Assembly (NCBI GenBank): GCA_964564785.1
Contig: CAZMCT010000005.1
Coordinates: 1,661-65,660 of the forward strand
Length of the DNA stretch: 64,000 bases
DNA from: an uncultured Planctomycetales bacterium
Lineage (GTDB): Bacteria; Planctomycetota; Phycisphaerae; UBA1845; Fen-1342
Direction: 5' to 3'
The position numbers and the translations under genes are program-made. Below are positions 46,823 through 56,509 of this stretch, piece by piece. Numbering within the stretch: the stretch's first letter is position 1; every line of letters begins with the position of its first letter. The notes under the pieces were generated by a model that had not been told where the DNA came from, searched no databases, and was given only the letters and a program-made list of their open reading frames with translations.

Positions 46823-48700
46823 ATGGGTACCGCGACCTCTGACAAGACCCGGGCGACGCCGCGCAGCGGCAAACTCGTGCAGGAACTCACCCAGGCGGCC
46901 GTTCGCTTCGCCGGCGACTCGGGCGACGGTATGCAACTCGTCGGCAGTCAATTCACCGCGACGTCGGCCGTGCTCGGCAACGACGTGGCGACGTTCCCGG
47001 ACTACCCGGCCGAGATCCGTGCCCCCATGGGCACACTGGCCGGCGTTTCCGGCTTCCAAATCAACTTCGCCAGCCGTCATATTTACACGCCGGGCGACCG
47101 GGTCGACTGCCTGGTCGCGATGAACCCGGCGGCGCTGAAGGCAAACCTCGGCGACCTGAACGAGGGCGGCGTGCTGGTCGTGAACAGCGACGAGTTCAAC
47201 TCCAGCAACCTCGAAAAGGCCCAGTACGACCACAACCCGCTCGAAACCGGTGAGCTCGGCCGCTACCAACTCTACAAGATCCCGATCACCCAGCAGACGC
47301 TCGAAGCCGTGAAGGAAACCGGCCTGGGGCCCAAGGACGCCGGGCGATGCAAGAACTTCTACGCCCTCGGCCTCCTCTACTGGCTCTACGATCGCCCGCT
47401 CGAGCCCACGCTGCGCTGGATCAACAGCAAGTTCGGCAAGGTGCCGGGCGTGGCGCGGGCCAACACGCTGGCCCTCGAGGCCGGCTACAACTTCGGCGAA
47501 ACCGCTGAGATCTTCACACAGCGCTACCGCGTGCGGCCCGCCGACCTTCGCCCCGGCACCTACCGCAACCTGACCGGCAACCAGGCCACGGCCCTCGGCT
47601 TCATTACCGCAGCCGAGCTGGCCGGCCGCCCCCTGTTCTATGGCAGCTACCCCATCACGCCGGCCAGCGAGATTCTGCATGAGCTGTCCGCGGAGAAGAC
47701 CTTCGACGTCCGGGTCTTCCAGGCCGAGGATGAGATCGCCGCCATGTGCTCGGTGGTCGGCGCTGCGTTCGCGGGCGCGATCGCGGTCACCGGCACGAGC
47801 GGCCCCGGCATGGCGCTCAAGCAGGAAGCCATCGGCTTGGCGGTGATGACCGAGCTGCCGTGCGTGATCGTCAACGTGCAGCGCGGCGGCCCGAGCACGG
47901 GGCTTCCGACCAAGACCGAGCAAGCCGACCTGTGGCAGGCGATCTTCGGACGCAACGGCGAATGTCCCCTGCCGGTGCTGGCCGCCCAATCGCCCGGCGA
48001 TTGCTTCTGGTCCGCGCTCGAGGCCACACGGATCGCCGTGAAGTACATGACCCCGGTGGTCCTCCTCACCGACGGATATCTCGCCAACGGCTCGGAACCC
48101 TGGCGCGTGCCCGAGCTGAGCGAGCTGCCCGCGATCCCGGTGCGCTTTCACACCGACCCGGCCACGTTCCAGCCGTACCGGCGCGATGCACACGGGGCGC
48201 GGCCGTGGGCGATCCCTGGCACGCCCGGGCTGCATCACCGCATCGGTGGGCTCGAAAAGGCCGACGGCACCGGCAACGTGTGCTACGTGCCCGAGAACCA
48301 CCAGAAGATGGTGAGCCTGCGGGCGCAGAAGATCGAGAACGTCGTCGAGGATCTGCCCGACCAGGAGGTGTACGGCGACAGCGCGGGCGAGCTGCTGGTC
48401 GTGTCGTGGGGCGGCACGTTCGGGGCGGTGCGCACGGCGATCGAGCGGGCCCGCGAGGACCGGCAGCCGGTCTCGCACGTTCACCTGCGCTGGCTGAACC
48501 CCATGCCGCGCAACCTCGGCGACATCTTGCGGCGCTTCCGGCGGGTGCTGGTGTGCGAGCTGAACATGGGCCAATTGCAGTTCGTGCTGCGCGGCCGCTA
48601 CCTGGTGGAGGCGCTGGGTCTGCACAAGGTGCAGGGGCGGCCGTTCATGGTGAGCGAGATCCGCGAGAAGGTGGACGAGCTCCTCGGAGGTGGCGCGTGA
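46823..48700 (+). CDS. korA: 2-oxoglutarate/2-oxoacid:ferredoxin oxidoreductase subunit alpha
   Basis: GAGAGGAG SD. FAGDSGDGMQLVGSQF, PDYPAEIRAP, YPITPASEIL, TSGPGMALKQE. About 625 aa, fused alpha/gamma type. Confidence 0.93.
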   Translation: MGTATSDKTRATPRSGKLVQELTQAAVRFAGDSGDGMQLVGSQFTATSAVLGNDVATFPDYPAEIRAPMGTLAGVSGFQINFASRHIYTPGDRVDCLVAMNPAALKANLGDLNEGGVLVVNSDEFNSSNLEKAQYDHNPLETGELGRYQLYKIPITQQTLEAVKETGLGPKDAGRCKNFYALGLLYWLYDRPLEPTLRWINSKFGKVPGVARANTLALEAGYNFGETAEIFTQRYRVRPADLRPGTYRNLTGNQATALGFITAAELAGRPLFYGSYPITPASEILHELSAEKTFDVRVFQAEDEIAAMCSVVGAAFAGAIAVTGTSGPGMALKQEAIGLAVMTELPCVIVNVQRGGPSTGLPTKTEQADLWQAIFGRNGECPLPVLAAQSPGDCFWSALEATRIAVKYMTPVVLLTDGYLANGSEPWRVPELSELPAIPVRFHTDPATFQPYRRDAHGARPWAIPGTPGLHHRIGGLEKADGTGNVCYVPENHQKMVSLRAQKIENVVEDLPDQEVYGDSAGELLVVSWGGTFGAVRTAIERAREDRQPVSHVHLRWLNPMPRNLGDILRRFRRVLVCELNMGQLQFVLRGRYLVEALGLHKVQGRPFMVSEIREKVDELLGGGA

Positions 48701-49710
48701 GTGCCGAACCGGCGCTTTCGATGAAGGACTTCAGGACCGACCAGCAGGTCAAGTGGTGCCCCGGCTGCGGCGACCACTCGATCCTGGTGCAACTCCAGAA
48801 GGTGCTGGCCGCCGCGGGCGTCGACCGCGACCGGACGGTGTTCGTGTCGGGCATCGGCTGCTCGAGCCGCTTCCCGTACTACATGAACACGTACGGCTTC
48901 CACAGCATTCACGGCCGCGCGCCGGCGATCGCGACGGGCGTGAAGTGCGCGAACCCCGAGCTGGACGTGTGGGTGGTTACCGGCGACGGCGATGCACTCA
49001 GCATCGGCGGCAACCACTTTCTGCATGCCATCCGCCGCAACCTCGGGCTGAAGATCGTCCTGTTCAACAATCGCATCTACGGCCTGACCAAGGGCCAATA
49101 CTCGCCCACCAGCGAGTTCGGCACGAAGACGAAATCTTCTCCCGCCGGGTCGATCGATCACCCCGTGCACCCGCTCTCGGTCGCCCTGGGCGCCGAGGTC
49201 ACGTTCGCGGCCCGCTCCATCGACACCGACGTGCAGCACCTCCAGCACGTGCTGCAACGGATGATCTCGCATGAGGGCACCGCGTTCCTCGAGGTCTACC
49301 AGAACTGCCAGGTCTACAACGCCAACGCGTACGCCTGGGCCACCGACCGCCAGACGCGGCTCGACCACGTGCTCTATGTCGAGCACGGCAAGCCGCTGAT
49401 CTTCGGCCAGAACCGCGACAAGGGACTGCGGCTCAACGGAGACACGCTGGAAGTCGTCCGCGTGGGTGAAGTCTCACCGGACGACCTGGTGATCCACGAC
49501 GAGACCAACCCCGACCCCACCATGGCCTTCCGCCTCTCGCGGCTGACGTATCCGGCCATGCCCGAGCCGGTCGGCGTCTTCCGCGCCGTCGCCAAGCCGG
49601 TCTATGAGCGCATGATGCTCGGCCAGATCGCGGACGCCCGCGCCAAGTTCGGACCCGGCAGGCTCGAGAAGCTGTTCGCGGCGGGCGAGACCTGGAAGGT
49701 GGGCGAGTAA
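48697..49710 (+). CDS. korB: 2-oxoglutarate/2-oxoacid:ferredoxin oxidoreductase subunit beta
   Basis: The GTG overlaps the korA TGA (GTGA). WCPGCGDHSIL, GIGCSSRFPYY, VTGDGDALSIGGNH (TPP-binding). An alternative ATG lies at 48721. Confidence 0.93.
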   Translation: MSAEPALSMKDFRTDQQVKWCPGCGDHSILVQLQKVLAAAGVDRDRTVFVSGIGCSSRFPYYMNTYGFHSIHGRAPAIATGVKCANPELDVWVVTGDGDALSIGGNHFLHAIRRNLGLKIVLFNNRIYGLTKGQYSPTSEFGTKTKSSPAGSIDHPVHPLSVALGAEVTFAARSIDTDVQHLQHVLQRMISHEGTAFLEVYQNCQVYNANAYAWATDRQTRLDHVLYVEHGKPLIFGQNRDKGLRLNGDTLEVVRVGEVSPDDLVIHDETNPDPTMAFRLSRLTYPAMPEPVGVFRAVAKPVYERMMLGQIADARAKFGPGRLEKLFAAGETWKVGE

Positions 49711-49802
49711 AGGCGGCCGCCCCCGCTCTGATTCCCAGGTGGTCGCCGCGGCGACCCACGCCGAATCCCGCCACGGCCGTGGTTCGCATACCCCCTGACA
49801 GC

Positions 49803-49880
49803 CCGTTGAAAAGCGCGGCTGGCTCCGCGCTAACCCGCCTACCTTCCCACTTGCCCACCATCTCACGCATAATGCAACCG
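49803..49880 (+). repeat. degenerate copy B of the dispersed hairpin element
   Basis: CCGTTGAAAAGCGCGGCTGGCTCCGCGCTAACCC matches the M1 half of copies A, C and E. The distal half is diverged (CCCACCATCTCAC...CAACCG). The copy abuts the GT4 GTG start. Confidence 0.55.
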
Positions 49881-51046
49881 TGCATATTTGCCACGTCATC
49901 ACCCGGCTGATCGTCGGCGGCGCTCAGGAAAACACGCTGCTGACCTGCGAGGGGCTGCACCAGCGCGGCCACCGGGTGACGCTCATCAGCGGCCCGACGC
50001 GCGGGCCGGAGGGCAGCCTGGTGCCGCGGGCCCGCGCCGGCGGCTATGAGTTCCGCGAAGAGAGCGAGCTGATCCGGGCCGTCAACCCATGGATCGACCT
50101 GCGGGCCTGGCGCTATCTCACCGCCACTTTTCAGCAGCTCCGCCCCGACATCGTCCACACGCACAGCAGCAAGGCCGGGATCCTCGGCCGCCTGGCCGCC
50201 CGCGACGCCCGCGTCCCCCTCATCGTCCACACCATCCACGGCATGAGCTTCAACCGCACGCAGTCGCCCCTCGTGCGGCGGGCGTACGCCTGGGCCGAGC
50301 GCCGCGCCGCCCGCTGCTCCGACGCGATCGTCACGGTCGCCGACGCATTGATCGAACAGACCGTCGCGGCCGGCATCTGCCCGCGCGACAAGCTGCTGAC
50401 GGTCTACTCCGGCATGGCAGTCGAGCAGTTCACGCCCCGCCCCGAGCTGCGGGCCGCCGCCCGCCGCCAGTGGGGCGCGGCCGAAGAGGACGTGGTGGTC
50501 GGCACGGTCGCGCGGCTGTTTCGCCGCAAGGGCTACGAGCAACTGCTGCCGATCATGGCTGCCGCCGTCCGACGTCAACCGCGGCTGCGCTTCGTCTGGG
50601 TCGGCGACGGCGCGCAGCGGGCGGAATACGAGCAGGAGTTGGCACGCCTCGGCCTGGCCGGGCGCACGCACCTGGCGGGCCTCGTGCGGCCGGAAGATGT
50701 GCCGCGGCTGCTGGCCGGCTGCGACATTCTCGCGCATACTTCGCAATGGGAGGGCTTGCCACGGGCAGTGGTACAGGCGCTGCTGATGCAGGTGCCGGCG
50801 GTCGCATTCGACATCGACGGCACGCCCGAGGTAGTGCTGGACGGCCGCACCGGGCGGCTGGTGCCGCTGAACGATGAGCCGGGCTTCGTCGCGGCGCTGT
50901 GCGAGCTTGCCGCAGACGCGGCCCTGCGGCGGAAAATGGGTATGACCGGGCGCGAACACTGCCTCGTGCGGTTCGACCATCGGCGAATGGTGGACCAGCT
51001 CGAGGCGCTGTACTTGCGGCTGGAACGGCGGAAACTGACGAGGTGA
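49880..51046 (+). CDS. glycosyltransferase family 4 (GT-B, Glycos_transf_1)
   Basis: N-terminus HICHVITRLIVGGAQ. C-terminal EGLPRAVVQALLMQVPAVAFDIDGTPEVV (EX7E region). GTG start. Confidence 0.88.
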   Translation: MHICHVITRLIVGGAQENTLLTCEGLHQRGHRVTLISGPTRGPEGSLVPRARAGGYEFREESELIRAVNPWIDLRAWRYLTATFQQLRPDIVHTHSSKAGILGRLAARDARVPLIVHTIHGMSFNRTQSPLVRRAYAWAERRAARCSDAIVTVADALIEQTVAAGICPRDKLLTVYSGMAVEQFTPRPELRAAARRQWGAAEEDVVVGTVARLFRRKGYEQLLPIMAAAVRRQPRLRFVWVGDGAQRAEYEQELARLGLAGRTHLAGLVRPEDVPRLLAGCDILAHTSQWEGLPRAVVQALLMQVPAVAFDIDGTPEVVLDGRTGRLVPLNDEPGFVAALCELAADAALRRKMGMTGREHCLVRFDHRRMVDQLEALYLRLERRKLTR

Positions 51047-51080
51047 AGAGGTGACGAGGGGGTGATTACAGGAGTTGTCA

Positions 51081-51500
51081 ATGGCCGTCGAAGTCGACAT
51101 CACCTACATGGGCGACCTGCGTTGCCAAGCCATGCACGGCCCCTCGGAGAGCGTCATCACGACCGATGCGCCGGTCGACAACGGCGGGCAGGGTCGAGCA
51201 TTCTCGCCGACCGACCTCGTCGCGGCCGCCCTGGGCACCTGCCTCGTGACGATCATGGGCAAGCTGGCTCAGCGGCACGGCTGGGACCTGACGGGCACGC
51301 GGGTGCACGTCACCAAGCAGATGGCGGCCGAGCCTATGCGGCGGATCGGCGAATTGCGGGTGACGGTTACGCTCCCGGAAGGGCGGAGCTGGAGCGAGGC
51401 GGACCGGCGCCGGCTCGAGAATGCGGCCCAGACGTGCCCGGTGAAGCAGTCGCTGCATCCCGATGTGCAGTTGCCGATGGAATTCGTGTATCCGGAATAG
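51081..51500 (+). CDS. OsmC family peroxiredoxin-like protein
   Basis: FSPTDLVAAALGTCLV and AAQTCPV (the two conserved Cys). ATG 51081 with CAGGAG upstream is preferred over TTG 51075. Confidence 0.88.
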   Translation: MAVEVDITYMGDLRCQAMHGPSESVITTDAPVDNGGQGRAFSPTDLVAAALGTCLVTIMGKLAQRHGWDLTGTRVHVTKQMAAEPMRRIGELRVTVTLPEGRSWSEADRRRLENAAQTCPVKQSLHPDVQLPMEFVYPE

Positions 51501-51685
51501 TCGCCGCCGTGGTTGGGTGGTGGCCTGTGCGACGCCCCAACGCGACCGGCCGGGACTGCAACCGCGTCACGCCCGCACGCCCCCCGTGCTCCACGCGCAC
51601 CGCGCCGGAACCATCCCGCACGGCGCGTCAAACGTGGCACCGCAGCCGCGCGGGCCACCGAGCACCCGAGGGCGAAGAACGGCCG

Positions 51686-51844
51686 TTACGCGGCCGCGCT
51701 GCCGGCCGCTGCCGTGAGGGCCGCGGTGACGATCTGCGTCGCCACCACGTCGAGAACATAGTACAGCAGAGTGTCGGCGCAACCGGCGAGCTGTGACAAG
51801 ACTCCACCGCACGTGACGAGCAGGGCCCATTTGAGCGTACGCAT
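51686..51844 (-). CDS. small putative lipoprotein (52 aa)
   Basis: GGAG lies 8 nt upstream of ATG 51844. MRTLKWALLVTCGGVLSQLAG/C has a lipobox. Short and unsupported otherwise. Confidence 0.45.
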   Translation of the reverse strand: MRTLKWALLVTCGGVLSQLAGCADTLLYYVLDVVATQIVTAALTAAAGSAAA

Positions 51845-51977
51845 TGGTGTCTCCAGTTTCGCGGGCCGACCCAGGCCGCTCAACTATAATCCACGGCCCG
51901 TCGGCCGCAAGGCTCAAACTCCGCCTGTCGGTGGTCGGGCAGCGCGAACAAGGCCGCGCTCCATCGGAGGGAACGCG

Positions 51978-53606
51978 TTGCATCCTCATTACTCGCGCGC
52001 CGGGCTGACGCTCGCCCTGGCGCTTATCCTCATCGGCGGTTGCGGTCCCGGCCGCCCATGCGGGGCTCGGCTCCGGCGTGATGTTGCGCGGCCGCGGCCG
52101 GGGGTGATCATCTTTCTCGTGGATGGACTGCCGGCGCAGCAGGTCGCGCGGGGCTGCGACGAGGGTTGGCTGCCGAACATCCGCGAGAGATTATGGGACG
52201 GCGGCGCGCGGGTGCGGCACGCGACCACCTGCCTGCCGGGCATCACCTACGCGGCCATCGCGTCGCTGTTGACCGGCACGCAGCCGGATCGGCACACGAT
52301 CGTGGCGAACCGCTGGTTTGAACCGGAGGCGATGCTGTTCCGCGACTACACGACGATTGCGTTCTACCGCGCGGTGAACGCCGACTTTGAAGCGCCGACG
52401 CTCTACGAGCTGATCGCCCCGGCTCCGTCCGTCAGCATTCAGGCGGCACACCAGCGCGGTGTGACACACAACCTCGCAAATTGGGCCGTTTCGGGCGTGA
52501 TGTGGTGTTTCAAGAACTACACGGCCGTCGACAAGCTGACCGCCTCGACGCTCGCTGACGTCGTCGCCTGGACCAACAGACAGGGCCGCTGGCCGAGCGT
52601 GGTCACGTTCTACTTCCCGGGCCCGGACTCCGTGGGCCACGATCGTGGTCCCGAGTCGCCCGAGTTCCGCAGCGCGCTCGTGCACGTCGACCACCAGATC
52701 GGGCGCGTATGCGCCTGGCTGGCGGGCGCCGGTCTGCTCGACAGCTCCTATCTTTTTCTCGTCAGCGATCATGGGCTTGTGCCGGTCGCGCCCGAGCACG
52801 TTGTCGATCTGGGTGCCGTGCTGCGGAGTCGGGGACGCAGTGTCACGCAGACGATGCCGCGCAACCAGGATGGGCGGCCGTTGCCGCACCGCCGCGCGTC
52901 GTACAACAGGTTCGACACCGTCCTGTGCCACCAAAACGGCCGCGCCGCTTTTCTGTATTTCCGTGGTCGAGGCGGGTGGGGCACTCCGCCCGACGCGAGC
53001 GAGGTTGCCCAGGCGCTCGAAGCGCCTCCGGCCGCAACGCAGCTTTGGAATCTGCCCGGCGTAGATCTCGTCGCGTACCTGGTCGACGATCGGGAAGCGA
53101 TCGTCCGCAATCCGCGCGGCGCGGCCCGCGTACGACAGTGCGACACGGCCGACGGTCCGGCATACGCGTACGTCCCGGAATCCGGCGACCCGCTCGGCTA
53201 CCTCGATGCCCCGGCGCTGGCCGCGTTCGTGACGGCCGGCTATCACGACGAGCGGGCGTGGCTGACGGCGACGGCCGGCCACCCGCGGCCCGATGTGCCC
53301 CCGGCGATCCTGCCGCTGCTCCGGGCGGGGCGCGCGGGGCAGGTGGTCGTGTTCGCAGCCCCGGGTTACAGTTTCATCGCGGAGCGCGGCGGTCACGGCG
53401 GCCTTGCCGAGCAGGAACGGGACATGACGTTCCTCGTGGCCGGCCCGGGGATCCGCCCGGGCAGCGAAGTGCCGACCGCGCGCTCGGTTGACTTGGTGCC
53501 GACGATTCTGGAGCTGCTGGGCACAACGCCCCGCGAGCACGCATGGCTGGACGGGAAGTCACTGGCGACGGAACTGTGGGGGGCGAGCGGCGGACCCGCG
53601 GAGTGA
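51978..53606 (+). CDS. alkaline phosphatase superfamily protein (nucleotide pyrophosphatase/phosphodiesterase-like) lipoprotein
   Basis: TTG start after GGAGGGA. Lipobox LILIGG/C. Metal/catalytic motifs FLVDGL, PGITYAAIASLLTG, PDSVGHDRGP and VSDHGLV. Confidence 0.85.
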   Translation: MHPHYSRAGLTLALALILIGGCGPGRPCGARLRRDVARPRPGVIIFLVDGLPAQQVARGCDEGWLPNIRERLWDGGARVRHATTCLPGITYAAIASLLTGTQPDRHTIVANRWFEPEAMLFRDYTTIAFYRAVNADFEAPTLYELIAPAPSVSIQAAHQRGVTHNLANWAVSGVMWCFKNYTAVDKLTASTLADVVAWTNRQGRWPSVVTFYFPGPDSVGHDRGPESPEFRSALVHVDHQIGRVCAWLAGAGLLDSSYLFLVSDHGLVPVAPEHVVDLGAVLRSRGRSVTQTMPRNQDGRPLPHRRASYNRFDTVLCHQNGRAAFLYFRGRGGWGTPPDASEVAQALEAPPAATQLWNLPGVDLVAYLVDDREAIVRNPRGAARVRQCDTADGPAYAYVPESGDPLGYLDAPALAAFVTAGYHDERAWLTATAGHPRPDVPPAILPLLRAGRAGQVVVFAAPGYSFIAERGGHGGLAEQERDMTFLVAGPGIRPGSEVPTARSVDLVPTILELLGTTPREHAWLDGKSLATELWGASGGPAE

Positions 53607-53608
53607 AC

Positions 53609-54712
53609 ATGATCGTCAGGAGCGTGGCGGGCATGGCGATTGTGGGGGCGGCGGCCTGGGCGCTGTGGTGGGGCGGGACGGGTGCGCCGTCGCGACTCGA
53701 CCCGGCGACGACGACCGCTCCGCTGGCGGTCGATGCTCGCGGCCTGCGTTACCGGGGGCTCGCGATCCAGGTCGCGTCGGGCTGGTACAAGCCGGTCGAG
53801 ACGTACGTGCCGATGCTGGAGGAGATCGCCGGACTGGGGGCGAACACGGTGCTGCTGAGCGTCGCGGGGCACATGGAGCACGCGACATCGCAGTCGATTT
53901 ACCGCGACCTGACGAAAATCCCGCCCCCCGACGACTTCAAGACCATCATCGCGCGGGCCCGTGACCTGGGGCTGAAGGTCATCATCATGCCGATCGTGCT
54001 GCTCCGCAACCCGCGCGGCAGCGAATGGCGCGGCGTGATCGAACCGCCCGACTGGGACGAGTGGTGGGACGAATACCGCGAGTTCATCCTGTTCTTCGCC
54101 GACATCGCCCGCGAGGGTCACGCCGACGCGCTGATCGTCGGCTCCGAGCTGGTGAGCACTGAAAAGCAGACGTCGCGCTGGCTCGCGCTGATCGACGCCG
54201 TGCGGCCGCGCTTCCACGGCGGCAAGCTCGGCTACTCGGCCAACTGGGACCACTACCGCCCGGTCGAGTTCTGGGATGCGCTCGATTTTATCGGAATGAC
54301 GAGCTACTACACGCTCGCCGACAAGAAGAACCCCACGGTCGAGGAGATCGTGGCCAAGTGGGAGCCGATCCGCAAGGACATCCTGGCGTGGCAGCGGCGC
54401 ATCGGCAAGCCGATCCTGATGACCGAGGTCGGCTGGTGCAGCCAGGAGGGTGCGGGCCAGGCCCCGTGGAATTACTACCAGAACCAGGTGGCCACCGCGG
54501 CCGGCCACGAGGAGCAGCGCCGCCTGTACGAGGCGTTCATCCGCGTATGGAGTGACACGCCCGAGCTGATGGGCGTGATCTGGTGGGAGTGGAGCACGAC
54601 GCCCGGCGGGCCCGATGATTTCGGCTATACGCCCAAGGGCAAGCCCGCCGAGGAGCTGCTGCGGCGTTGGTTCGCGACCGGGGCCGACGCGGCCGCGGCG
54701 TCGCCGCAGTAA
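53609..54712 (+). CDS. TIM-barrel glycoside hydrolase-like protein (clan GH-A-like)
   Basis: Starts 2 nt after the previous stop. N-terminal anchor MIVRSVAGMAIVGAAAWALWW. Candidate acid/base and nucleophile Glu residues in IVGSELV and LMTEVGW. GH family not resolved. Confidence 0.6.
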   Translation: MIVRSVAGMAIVGAAAWALWWGGTGAPSRLDPATTTAPLAVDARGLRYRGLAIQVASGWYKPVETYVPMLEEIAGLGANTVLLSVAGHMEHATSQSIYRDLTKIPPPDDFKTIIARARDLGLKVIIMPIVLLRNPRGSEWRGVIEPPDWDEWWDEYREFILFFADIAREGHADALIVGSELVSTEKQTSRWLALIDAVRPRFHGGKLGYSANWDHYRPVEFWDALDFIGMTSYYTLADKKNPTVEEIVAKWEPIRKDILAWQRRIGKPILMTEVGWCSQEGAGQAPWNYYQNQVATAAGHEEQRRLYEAFIRVWSDTPELMGVIWWEWSTTPGGPDDFGYTPKGKPAEELLRRWFATGADAAAASPQ

Positions 54713-54774
54713 CATCGCGATCTTCCGGCACGGGCGTGGACGAGTGTGCCTCGGCAGGCGCCGAAATCTCGGCC

Positions 54775-55740
54775 CTACTCGACGCCCCGCGCCGCGAGCC
54801 AGCGCTCCGCGTCCAGCGCGGCCATGCAGCCGGTGCCCGCCGCGGTGATCGCCTGCCGGTACACGTGATCGGCGACGTCGCCGGCCGCGAACACGCCCTC
54901 GATGCTCGTATATGTGCTGCCCGGGCGGGTCTTGACGTATCCCTTGTCATCCATCGCGAGCGCGCCGCGGAACAGGTCCGTGTTGGGCGTGTGCCCGATC
55001 GCGAGAAACAGCCCCCTCGTCGGCAAAACCGTGGTCTCGCCGGTCCGCACGTTCTTGAGCACCACGCCGGTGATCGACTGCTCACCCTGGACGTCGATGA
55101 TGACGGAGTTCCACACCGGGACCATCTTTCCTTCCCGCACGAGCCGGAAGAAGCGGTCCTGCATCGCCTTGCTGGCCCGCAGCTCCTCGCGACGGTGGAC
55201 CAGATGCACCTTCTTCGCGAACTTCGTCAGGTAGCTGCCCTCCTCGACGGCCGAGTCGCCGCCCCCCACCACCACCAGCTCCTGATTGCGGTACTGCGGC
55301 AGCGCCCCGTCGCAGACGGCACAGGCCGACACGCCGCCCCCGCTCTTGGCCAGCCGCTGCTCGTTCTCCAGGTTCAGCCAGTTCGCCCGCGCACCTGTCG
55401 CGATAATCACCGTGTGCGCCTGGACGGTGTCGTCGTGGCCGCGAAGCGTGAATGGCCGCCCCGCCAAATCCACCGACACGACGTCGTCCCGAATGAAGCG
55501 CGTACCGAAGCGCTCGGCCTGATCGCGCATGGCCTTCATCAGCGCCGGGCCCATGATGCCCTCGGTGAACCCGGGGTAATTCTCGACCTCCGTCGTGAAC
55601 ATGAGCTGCCCGCCCGGGATCAGCCCGCCCGCGTTGTAGCCCTCGAAGCACACCGGTTGGAGCTTCGCGCGGGCCGCGTAAATGCACGCCGTCAGCCCCG
55701 CCGGGCCCGACCCCACCACGACCACTTTCTCGACTTGCAT
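54775..55740 (-). CDS. trxB: thioredoxin-disulfide reductase
   Basis: VVVGSGPAGLTA, redox-active CAVCDG, VVGGGDSAVEE, FAAGDVAD. Confidence 0.95.
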   Translation of the reverse strand: MQVEKVVVVGSGPAGLTACIYAARAKLQPVCFEGYNAGGLIPGGQLMFTTEVENYPGFTEGIMGPALMKAMRDQAERFGTRFIRDDVVSVDLAGRPFTLRGHDDTVQAHTVIIATGARANWLNLENEQRLAKSGGGVSACAVCDGALPQYRNQELVVVGGGDSAVEEGSYLTKFAKKVHLVHRREELRASKAMQDRFFRLVREGKMVPVWNSVIIDVQGEQSITGVVLKNVRTGETTVLPTRGLFLAIGHTPNTDLFRGALAMDDKGYVKTRPGSTYTSIEGVFAAGDVADHVYRQAITAAGTGCMAALDAERWLAARGVE

Positions 55741-55812
55741 ACACGACTCCCACACGGCCAGTCCCCCGACCAGCCGCCAGACGGCCTCCGCGGCAGGCGC
55801 CCGCTCTTCACC

Positions 55813-56310
55813 TCACTCCGATGGTAGCGTCTCGCTCCGCGTGACACCCGCAGCCGCCGGCTGCGTCTGCGGCTCATTCGCCGGGGCGGGTATCGGCTCC
55901 CCGCCCTCGAACAGCGCCCGCTCCCGCAGCTCGACCGCCCGCTCGACGACCCGCCCGAAATCCGGCGCCTCCGCAGGCTCGAGCTCGAAGACCGGCAGCT
56001 CGTGCACATCACGGATCATGCCGGGCACGAGCGTTTCGGATATCACGTCGATCGGCGGTATCTGGTACCAAGGGGCGTCGATCCGGTGATGCGTTTTCAG
56101 GGTCTGATAACCCTCTTTCCGGAAAACCAGATCATAGTCGCCATACCACGTAAAGTAGAACTTGACCGGGCTGATCCCGACCTCTTCGTCGTTCACGATC
56201 ACCAACGCCCCCGGCGGGCGGGTCTGGATTCTCGCCACGCGCTCCACGCACCCCCCCACCACCGCGAGCGCCAGGAGCATCCCGCATAGTACTGCGTGCC
56301 TCGGGTTCAT
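55813..56310 (-). CDS. PEGA domain-containing lipoprotein
   Basis: Start at ATG 56310. Lipobox MNPRHAVLCGMLLALAVVGG/C. PEGA-like segment PGALVIVNDEEVGISPVKF...YDLVFRKEGYQT. Confidence 0.7.
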   Translation of the reverse strand: MNPRHAVLCGMLLALAVVGGCVERVARIQTRPPGALVIVNDEEVGISPVKFYFTWYGDYDLVFRKEGYQTLKTHHRIDAPWYQIPPIDVISETLVPGMIRDVHELPVFELEPAEAPDFGRVVERAVELRERALFEGGEPIPAPANEPQTQPAAAGVTRSETLPSE

Positions 56311-56509
56311 GGCGACTCCTGATACCAGCCTTCCGGGAAGCAACCTGACGCGACCCTCGGCCGCGGACCAGATTCGTCCCAACTCAGCGTTCCGCTCCAC
56401 CTACTGCCGTATTCCGCACGACGCTGTGCTCCGCTTCAAGTGATGTCGCTCGCGCTTCTCCCGGGCGCCTGCGAATTGTACTCGCCCCCCCCGGCTTCGT
56501 CGGCCCCAC

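Noticed and set aside
43696-46890. Very long ORFs antisense to real genes: 43696-46890 (-, 1064 aa), 58712-60946 (+, 744 aa), 6287-7777 (+, 496 aa), 34594-36483 (-, 629 aa), 46757-48625 (-, 622 aa), 28763-30541 (-, 592 aa), 13700-15655 (+, 651 aa), 47746-48696 (+) and most of 18676-20484 (+).
   Set aside because: Their translations are Arg/Ala/Gly/Pro-rich low-complexity strings with no motifs. The opposite strand or another frame encodes proteins with clear catalytic motifs. Stop-codon scarcity in GC-rich DNA explains them.
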